From: Amoebidium appalachense
Taxonomy: Eukaryota; Protista; Ichthyosporea
NCBI GenBank assembly: GCA_963693365.1
Contig: CAVNZM010000009.1
Span: 10,048,243 to 10,112,242 of the forward strand
DNA length: 64,000 nt
Direction: 5' to 3'
Shown piece by piece: positions 49,375 through 64,000 of this stretch. A program made the translations under genes and the position numbers. The notes below the pieces were generated by a model that worked only from the letters and a program-made list of their open reading frames with translations, made no database searches and was not told the DNA's origin. Positions within the stretch are counted from its first letter, which is position 1, and every line of letters begins with the position of its first letter.

Positions 49375-49800
49375 CATCAGCAATCTTCCCCCCCCATCGG
49401 AAACCCCTCTACGACGTCGACGACGGGTTCGGAGTAGTTTACGATACCTGAGTGGCTGCGTTTGGTACCCTCGACATTTTAATGGATGGAAAAGCTGAAA
49501 ACCCATCGTCGACGTCGACAAGCATGTTACAGGGTAATAAAGAGGTCCACTGATTTCTCGACCCTCATGTGTATATGCCAACGTCATCCTATGGACATGC
49601 TGTGCATGCGTTTACACCGTCCATTAAACAAATGTAGCACCTATTCCAATGCTATAGATGTGCTATGGACGTCGTAAGCCTGTTCTACGTATGTATACTG
49701 TGTAGGCTAACATGATGGGTATCGTCGACGTCGAAAACAAAGCATACTGTGAAGGCGATTCTAAGCATCTTAATATGAGGTTTCCGACGTCTGTAAACTA
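49375..49800. mobile_element. DNA-transposon-like left end with GACGTCGA subterminal motifs
   Basis: Begins CATCAGCAATCTTCCC, the inverted match of 47089-47104. Repeated (gtc)gacgtcga motifs at ~49413, 49508, 49668, 49724 and 49785. Confidence 0.55.
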
Positions 49801-49891
49801 ATAAGAAACGGCGAATTCTGCAATAATAGATACTGTTTTTATAATGTATAAGTACAATAGTTTTATGTGTATATATATATATATCATATAG

Positions 49892-49930
<39 letters not shown>

Positions 49931-49984
49931 TTGGGGTTTTTATAATGTATAAGTACAATAGTTTTATGTATATATATATAGTAT

Positions 49985-50028
<44 letters not shown>

Positions 50029-50080
50029 GGGGTAGGGGTGTCCTGGGAATGAATGACCCCCGGAGTAGTTTTTCATAGAA

Positions 50081-50245
50081 GCCCCATACGACCACCATAA
50101 GGATCGCTAACTATACCCCCATACGATCATTATAATGATCTCATTATATGCCCCATACGACCACCATAAGGATCGCTAGTTATACCCCCATACGATCATC
50201 ATAATGATCTCATTCTATGCCTCATACGATCATTATAGTGATCAC
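50081..50245. repeat. ~35/69-bp tandem repeats (ccccatacga..a..ataa.gatc), preceded by (TA)n tracts
   Basis: Five sub-units. A related unit (ccatacggtcatcataatgatcac) reappears at ~51817 on the far side of the LINE. Confidence 0.8.
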
Positions 50246-50450
50246 ATACCAAAATGGGGTTTACGCTGTTTACTCGAGGCAAAGAGAACCAGTCTCAGGT
50301 ATGGGGGGGGGGGTTTTGCTCGGAATATCCCCTCAGCGGTATATCATGATCACGTACATAGATGTCGGGTGGTGACTATATATCAGGGTTTACTTTCTCT
50401 ACGAGACACCATAAAGACTACAAGGAGAAATCAATTAGTTGGGGTTCCCC

Positions 50451-50451
<1 letters not shown>

Positions 50452-50508
<57 letters not shown>

Positions 50509-50540
50509 GGGCTCCCCTCGGGACACTCGGTATCAGCTGG

Positions 50541-50609
<69 letters not shown>

Positions 50610-51806
50610 TGCGCTATAATTTTGTAGTGATGTGTTTCTCAAGCCAATCAATACATCTAATAAACAGGTCGTAGTTACGCGTGTTTAGTATAAAATCAAG
50701 GATGTTGTAATTTACAGGTAGGCTATCTTTCTGGGTGTCTGTTGTGAATGTGACGTGTGTGTGTTGCGGTATTATGTGGTCTATCAAACTACATTTGGCG
50801 ATACATGACCGGTTAAACTGGTGTGTGTGTGTGTTGTTTGGGCATGCAAATGATGCCACCTTATACTTATTAGATCTCCACTGTATAGCACGTGTACAGT
50901 AAAAGCGTGGTAATTGATCAATAATACCATCAGCTAGAGAAAGACCAGTTCTACAGGAAGGTAATATGTATTTAGGTGTTATACACTTGCGAGTGCCATA
51001 TTTGGCAATATGGTTGAGGCGGTCAGTATATATAAAACGAGACATAAGGCTTAGTTTTTCAAGGTGTATGCTTTCATCGGGTCTAGTGTCGTGTGGTATC
51101 TTTTTCCATTTGTTATATTGCGTGATTATCTTGTGATTGTGTACATGTTTAATAAGTAAGTGGCAGTCCAAAGTCACACACACACTATTGCGGGGTTTAT
51201 TTGTATTTGTGCCCAGGGGAGAAGGGGAGAGAGAGGGGAGGAAAGAGGGGAGAGGTGAGGAGGGGACAGGTCGGATAGAGAAGAGAGGGTGGGAGGGCAA
51301 ATACTTCTTTAAGCGGCTTATGTGCTTATTGAATTTCAGCGCGAGATAGGATACTCTAGCAGCTATTGGGACCAGACCATATATCGAGAGCGTTACAGGC
51401 CCAGGTTTACAACAGTTGTTAGATAGAAAGGAGGCAACTTCTGCTTCAAGGAAATTTGCCAAGGGTTTAAGCGCTCTAGTTCTCTCTTTCTTGATCCAAG
51501 CGGCGAGAAGGGGTAAACCATATTCACATGCCGGGAAGACAAAAGTGCGAATAAATGTAAGTCTAATAGAAGGATGGAGGGGTGTGTCTTTAAAAATATT
51601 AGCCGAGAAGAAAGCTAACCGCTTACGAGCCAACTCTACCCTCTTTTCGACCATATGGGGAAACATAACACCAACAGAATCAACCGGAACACCAAGATAT
51701 TTGTATTCTGGAACTATAGGTACAGGTTTAGATGATAATGTAAATGTGTGTAAATTGTTAGCTTTATCAGGTACAAGAACACCACATTTGTCTATGTTAA
51801 GGATCA
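50452..51806 (-). mobile_element. 5'-truncated non-LTR retrotransposon (LINE) with polyA tail
   Basis: ORF 50614-51864 carries the RT C-terminal motifs LNIDKC, EYKYLGV and FPACEYGL plus a C-terminal WR..C..H..C region. The 3' UTR contains (CA)n and ends in 53 A on the minus strand (T-run 50452-50504). TSD not identified. Confidence 0.85.
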
Positions 51807-51955
51807 ATACCAAAATCCATACGGTCATCATAATGATCACAAGGAGATTATCTAACGGGCGCAACTGACATGTGAATTTGTTTTTGCACGCCTCATGGAA
51901 AGCGGATGAGGCTCATCAGGTGGCCGCGGAATGAAAGTGGTGATATCCCCCCATT

Positions 51956-52225
51956 CCGACCGGTTTTGTTAGACCCCCCACACAGAGAAACTGCCTAATG
52001 CAAAGTTTGGTTGTGCTCCCAACAATCCCCTGCACGTTATTAACCGTTGAATCCCCCCCCCTTTCCCTATGTATTACAGCGCATTTTGCATAATATGGAC
52101 GTACAACGGTCAATAACTTTTCCCGGGACAGTCCGACCGGTTTTGTTACATCACCCACACAGAGACACTGCCTAATGCAAAATTTGGTTGGGGCCCCATC
52201 AATCCCCTGCACGTTATTAACCGTG
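51956..52225. repeat. ~92-bp direct duplication (51956-52048 and 52133-52225)
   Basis: ccgaccggttttgtta...cacacagaga.actgcctaatgcaaa.tttggttg...aatcccctgcacgttattaaccgt occurs twice. Confidence 0.85.
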
Positions 52226-52316
52226 CAAATGTATCCATCTTGTAGTATCCACCTTTCGGTGGTTCACATGTCTAGTAGGTGTAATAAAGATGTCCAAACA
52301 TAATCCATAACACGCC

Positions 52317-52885
52317 TTATGTATATCCATGGGCCATCCCCAAGACTGTAACAATACCATCCATATTACTGTCGTAAAACGATATATCGTACGGTACAAA
52401 CGGTCGTAAGACGATACATAATATCGTCGACATGTGGACTACGACATACAAACATGCTCGCCGGATATCGTAGATTTCACCATATTTTGGAGTACTAGTA
52501 CTCAACTGCAAAATATTCAATGCAGAGTTCTTGTCGGTCATACGATACGGCATCTTGCAGTAGTATTTGTGTGCACGCTCCCAGCTCTCAGCTGACTCCA
52601 CCGGGCCAAAGAGGCGATAGTCGTCAGAATAATGCACACCAGCATGGAATTTCGATGTTTTGAGTTCGTTTTTGGTGGAGTCCTTGAAGCACTCGTACGC
52701 AGCTTTGCCGAACCTGCGTTTTTTGTTGGTGATATTACTTTACAATATAATGCACTAGAGCGGCACGGAGTCCATTACCAAATGGCGAAAGTTCTGCCAT
52801 CGTTTCGTGTAGGATCTATACACCTAGACACGTGCAGGGGGGGGGGGGGGGGGGTCGTAGTGGGAAGGAGGGAAGACAGGGGGGG

Positions 52886-52947
<62 letters not shown>

Positions 52948-53075
52948 CGGCAGACACGTACGTTCTGTAACGCTCCTTCATCTCGTTGAGTGAGTCCTTT
53001 TTTATAATGTATTTCCGTTTATATATTTACACATAATCGCCACATGCATTTACCGGTGCGCCATGATAAACACAT
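52317..53075 (-). pseudogene. Intron-containing remnant of a Plavaka/CMC(EnSpm)-like transposase C-terminal region
   Basis: Splicing 52962 (ac|gtacgt) to 52713 (cgcag|g) gives RKYIIKKDSLNEMKERYRTFGKAAYECFKDSTKNELKTSKFHAGVHYSDDYRLFGPVESAESWERAHKYYCKMPYRMTDK. This fits the K.H...H......FG......E..HK...K.PYR motif of these transposases. In-frame TAA at 53027-53029. Confidence 0.65.
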
Positions 53076-53091
53076 GGCCGGCTTATCATTG

Positions 53092-53141
<50 letters not shown>

Positions 53142-53267
53142 CACACACGGCATTCGATACCGTCCAGTCTTGCTCTTCCCAAGGCATCCACATGCTCGCA
53201 CACAATGCAGAAACATGCACTCACACACACGCACGCACACTGGCACACCGGGACACACACACACACC

Positions 53268-53343
<76 letters not shown>

Positions 53344-53544
53344 ACACACACACAAACACACAACACACACACACACACATACAGAGAGACACACACACAT
53401 ATGCACACACACGGTGCATTTCCTCCCCTCCCATTCCCTCTCCACAGAGCACACACACACACACACGTGCACACATGCACACACATGGTGCATCCCCCCC
53501 CCCCCCCTTCCCTCTCAACCGAGCACATACACACACACATACAT

Positions 53545-53585
<41 letters not shown>

Positions 53586-54315
53586 CACACATGCACACAT
53601 GCACGGACACGAATCCCCCCCTTCCCCTTCCCTCTCCACCGAGCACATGCACACATGCACAGACATGCACACACACACACACACCACACACGACGCACAC
53701 AGACATGCACACACACACAAACACACAACACACACACACACACATACACACAGACACACACACACACACACACACACATACATGCACACACACGGTGCAT
53801 TTCCCCCCCTCCCCTTCCCTCTCCACAGAGCACACACACACACACGTGCACACATGCACACACACGGTGCATCCCCCCTCTCCCCCCCTGCCCTTTCAAC
53901 TGAGCACATACACACACACAGACATGCACACACACACAACATACACAGACATCCACACATCAGACACAGACACGCATACACACACACACACAGGCACACA
54001 CACACACATGCACATATGCACACACAGACACACACATGCACATGCACACTCACATATGCACACACACACACACACGCAAACACACACACACACACACACA
54101 TACAGATATGCACACACACACACTGTCTCTCTCTCTTTTCTCCCTCCCTCCCACCCTCCCTCCCCCCCTCCCCCCTCCCTCCCTCCCTCCCAACCATCCC
54201 TCCCTCCCTCCCTCCGTCCCTCCCTCCGTCCCTCCCTCCCCCCTCCCTCCCTCCCTCCCAACCATCCCTCCCTCCCTCCCCCCGTCCCTCCCTCCCTCCG
54301 TCCCTCCCTCCCTCC

Positions 54316-54365
<50 letters not shown>

Positions 54366-54400
54366 CACACACACCCATGCACATGCACATGCACATGCAC

Positions 54401-54982
54401 CCCTTGTAGCATAGAACCCCCCTTGTAGCATAGTATATGTACATATGTTACCTAGACATTATTGGGTTTTCAATAACTACCCACAGAACAGCCTCTAGCA
54501 CGAGTAATTTACCACAAAGTTTATGGGGGGGATGGGGAATGTGCCCCTGGAGTACGAGGGTCACACAAAAAAAAACACAACGTTGTAGCTCGTATAGAAC
54601 CCCCCTTGTAGCATAGAATATGTACATATGTTACCTAGACATTATTGGTTTTTCAATAACTACCCACAGAATAGCCTCTAGCACGAGAAATTTACCATAA
54701 CGTTTGTGGGGGGGATGGTGAATGTGCCCCTGGAGTACGAGGGTCACACGAAAAAAACACAAAGTTGTAGCTCGTATAGAACCCCCCTTGTAGCATAGTA
54801 TATGTCCATGTGTTACCTAGACATTTTTGGTTTTTTCAATAACTACCCACAGAACAGCTTCTAGCACGAGAAATTTACCACACAGTTAATGGGGGGGATG
54901 GGGAATGTGCCCCCCTGGAGTACGAGGGTCACACGAAAAAAAGACAACGTTGTAGCTCGAATAGAACCCCCCTTGTAGCATA
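54401..54982. repeat. ~183-bp tandem repeat, ~3.2 copies
   Basis: Unit ccccttgtagcatag...acctagacatt...caataactacccacagaa...ggagtacgagggtcacac...gttgtagctcgtatagaac. Confidence 0.92.
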
Positions 54983-55814
54983 CAAAAATTCAATGGCAGA
55001 AAACAAATTGACCAGCATGGGGCACGTACCCGAGGAAGAAAGAGGAGGGGGGAAGAGAGGGGGAGGAGGAGGAGGGGGGGGAGGGGGGGGGGGGGGGTCA
55101 AGTTTACATATTCAGTTGTCTGAGCCACATGCATGTGTGTGTGTGGTGTAGGGGGAGGGGGGGGGGGGGGGGGGGGGGGGGGGAGGGATTCGGATATGCA
55201 CAAGAGATTTGGTATTTATTGGTGATCCAAGAAGGTGCCGTCCTAAGAACTGATATTATTTTATGTTTTACAGCTTGTTGCAATTTACGTATATGACAGT
55301 GACCTATAAGACTTCCCAGACTGCATTTAGAACTGACACGTCGGGGGCGTTGCTAAATAAATACGAGGCACAGTAAATTCAGCTATACTAAACAGCATCA
55401 GTCGTGTATCATTATGGGGAGGGAAAATAAAAAATAAAAAATAAAAAATTGGGGGCTGATAAAAAGCAATAGATCGCGGCAATAGGATTGCCAGACCATC
55501 ACTAGTGCCCAGAAAATTCACACAGAACAAGAATGCAAGCTTTGATGTAAAGACACTGAAAGGAGAGAGAAAAGAGATAGAGAAAGCTTAAGGTCGGCAT
55601 TTTGACTATCCAGCCTAAGAGAGGGGAAATCTGATGTAATACAATGTGAGAGACAAAGACTTACAATAAGTGGGTGGAGGGAGGGGGGGGAGGGGGGAGG
55701 GAGGTATGTGTGTGTGTGTGTGGGTAGGTGAGTGTGTGGTGGTGGTGGTGGTGGTGGTGGTGGTGGTGGTGGTGGTGGGGGGGGGGGGGGGGGGGGGAGG
55801 GGGGGGGGGGGGGA

Positions 55815-60815
<5,001 letters not shown>

Positions 60816-60823
60816 GGTATTTG

Positions 60824-60854
<31 letters not shown>

Positions 60855-61017
60855 CCCCCCCACCACCACCACCACCACGAAAAAAAAAAAAAAAAAAAAC
60901 ATTCACAAGAATTAGAGGGGGACCATGGCATAGGGCACGGCAACAGAAGCGGCCCTTTCTTGCTTGTGTTTTATCATCTTCTTCTTTCTTTTGCCGTGTA
61001 TTGGTGTGTGTATGTGT

Positions 61018-61078
<61 letters not shown>

Positions 61079-61127
61079 TGTGTGTGTGTGTGTCTTACGT
61101 ATGTGTGTGTGTATGTATGTGTGTGTG

Positions 61128-61158
<31 letters not shown>

Positions 61159-61184
61159 ACGTGTGTGTATGTGTGTGTGTGTGT

Positions 61185-61266
<82 letters not shown>

Positions 61267-61272
61267 ATGTGT

Positions 61273-61461
<189 letters not shown>

Positions 61462-61483
61462 GCAACATACACACACAAACCCA

Positions 61484-61568
<85 letters not shown>

Positions 61569-61578
61569 CACATACACA

Positions 61579-61609
<31 letters not shown>

Positions 61610-63074
61610 TCACTCACACTTGCGTACGCACAATTGTATACATACACACCCTGTGTACACACACCCTGTACACATACGTACACTACTACACACACACACA
61701 CACGCACACACACGCACGCACACACACAAACGTACACACACAAACGTACACACAAACACACACAAACACACAAACACCACACACACACACGCACTCACGC
61801 ACGCACTCACGCACATACGCGCGCACGCATGCACGCACGCACACACACACTCTCACACACAAAAACACACACACACACACACAACCACACACACACATAC
61901 ACGCACACACACACACACGCGTGCGCGCGCGCGCACACACACACACACGGGTCCCCTCCTCATAGATATATGTTTCGAGTCACATGTAATCATCATGCAA
62001 GGTCTCGCTGAGGCCATCACTGAGCCTCCGAGCCAAGCGCAGAAGGGGGGAAAGGGGGGGGAGGAGGAGGGGGGAGGGGGGGGGGGGGGGGAGGAGGGGG
62101 GGAAGAGGGGGGGGGGGGGGAGGGGGGAGGAGGGGGAGGGGGGCAGAGTTTCAACAACTTGAATCGTTTAATACAAATACTGCCCCCTTTTCCATTTCCC
62201 TATGTTTGCTTCCACCTATCAACTAGTTTGGGGATATGTACACTTGTACCAGCACTCTATATGCCATAGTAATGATTCAGTCTCAATGGACTAAAAACAA
62301 CGCCGTAATAGGACATGTGATGCTCTGATTCTGTTTCTAATGTCACGGAAGGTGCAAGTTAAGATGTAGGGGCGGGGAGGGGGGAGGGGGGGGGGGGGGG
62401 GGGGGAGAGGATATCCACATGGACACATACTCGCCTGATTTTTAAAATAAATGGGGTGATCGTTTACTAACTTACCCGCAGGTATATTAAGAAAATCATC
62501 ATCCTTCGTGATTCTTGATTTTGAAACGCTTTGGAGGGGGGTAGTAGCTAGATTTCGTGGTGGGGGGGGGAGGGAGTGGGGGGGCCACCCACCCCATAAA
62601 CTGCAATCATATGACTATATAAGATAACCTGATCCGATATGCCATATAGTACTATGATTTAGCAGCAGTTTACATACATTCCCAAAACGTAAACATTGAG
62701 GCTAACTAATAAAATTCACTCTTGATCACCTGAAGCTCAGGCTATGTCGTAAGGTCATACTCCCCCCCGCCCGCCCCCCCTCCCCCCCCCCCCCTCTCGC
62801 ACTCGTCTCTAGTCACCCCACCGCGCGCACACACAGCACACACTTTCACACGTATCCGACACACGTACCTGCCCACGCATGTACCACACATGCACACGAG
62901 GTGCACAAACTTTGACCAGCAATGAGCACCCGACATGAACATGCAGATACACTCACCCACACCAGACACACATACATTCCCCGCCACACAGATACGCACA
63001 TGAACACTGCATATTAAGCACAATGACTTTGCGCCCAATACTAAATTAGAAATAGTTGTCCGTTGCACGTGTAT

Positions 63075-63106
<32 letters not shown>

Positions 63107-63209
63107 TGTGGGTGTGTGCGCGTGCCTGCACATGTGCACATGCATTTACTTGTATAAATGAGAAGGGTGAGGAAAGGGGGGGGTGGGGGGGGGGGGGGGG
63201 GGGGGGGGG

Positions 63210-63240
<31 letters not shown>

Positions 63241-63266
63241 AGGTGAGTGAGGCGGGAGGCCTAGGA

Positions 63267-63303
<37 letters not shown>

Positions 63304-64000
63304 GTAGACATGGTTGTGTACATTCACGTGCACACCGTGCCTTGCCCCCACAACCAGTCTACGTGCCTTTGTGTCTTCTCGGCAGAGGCTGGAATAGAGC
63401 CCCGGACGCAGCTACCAATCAGCTGCATCACTTTTAGCTGTATTTCGTATTAGGGCAGTTGCTCTGCACCCTAAGTATGCAGTTTAGAGTGATGCAAAGA
63501 ACGTGAGCACTTTGCCAGCTTGCATATTAGGTGCACGGCACAGCACACACCTGTGTGCCCGTAGACACTTTATTGGGCACTAGACATACACATGTAGCAC
63601 TGTAGTATAACGTGAAGCTAGATTATGATCACCCCGAAGAAGCTCATGTACACATGTATATGTCATGTACTTTATTATAAGTAGGGCCACATGCCTATTG
63701 GCTGTCGCCTTATAAAATATGCGAGCAGTGCTCTCTGGACCGGCAGAAACTTACTGTTTTCTGCCAGCGGGGATCAGCTAATAAAGTTTAAACACTCTAC
63801 CCACTTTGTTTCTCTTCCTTCTCTTCCACCTTTTTCATTTTTTCTCTTCTTCCCTCCGTGGTTTTAGGGAAGGTTGAGTTGTTTGTGTACTGTAGCAGTT
63901 GGTTTAATCTTAAAGGAGAGAAGGGGGGGAAGGGGGGGGAGGGGAGGGGGGGGGGGGGGAGGGGGAGAAGGAACCGTGGCCTTCTTTTTGCCTCCCCCCC

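Noticed and set aside
47026-49587. 853-aa ORF as a single intact gene
   Set aside because: Its first ~70 and last ~25 codons derive from flanking non-Copia DNA and the LTR; chance read-through of a fragment.
53027-53029. In-frame TAA in the transposase-like frame as evidence of stop-codon reassignment
   Set aside because: TAA, TAG and TGA all terminate other ORFs normally in this window; a decayed TE is the simpler explanation.

Overview
Eukaryotic genomic DNA. The Myc-like bHLH-ZIP and IER/SERTA-like genes in an intron-rich context suggest a unicellular holozoan, possibly an ichthyosporean (inference only). Introns and intergenic DNA are saturated with (CA/GT)n, (GA/CT)n and long G/C homopolymers, so nearly all listed ORFs are low-complexity artefacts. 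Joining GT-AG exons by hand gives five host genes, all on the minus strand: a mitochondrial-type PPR protein (<1-14539), an IER/SERTA-like protein (16417-18416), a secreted GG-x-hydrophobic/FxxN beta-helix-repeat protein (24062-32116), a Myc-like bHLH-ZIP (34610-35935) and an ATP-grasp-fold protein (55815->60815). A nested TE island spans about 39.3-53.1 kb. It holds a young full-length Ty1/Copia element (40302-47056; 925-bp LTRs, CCAAT TSD, half-tRNA-type PBS) inserted near the end of a DNA-transposon-like element. Next comes an open but gutted second Copia bracketed by outward-facing 16-bp inverted ends, then a 5'-truncated polyA-tailed LINE and a Plavaka/CMC-like transposase remnant. The most unusual signals are four. 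(i) A structured, variably truncated repeat is repeatedly embedded in G/C homopolymers in introns. (ii) (CA)n runs take the place of the polypyrimidine tract at many acceptors, and some introns have complementary GT/G and CA/C halves. (iii) Minisatellites multiply splice sites. (iv) A 903-bp TIR element sits in a (GA)n tract. No RNA genes or CRISPR arrays could be supported.
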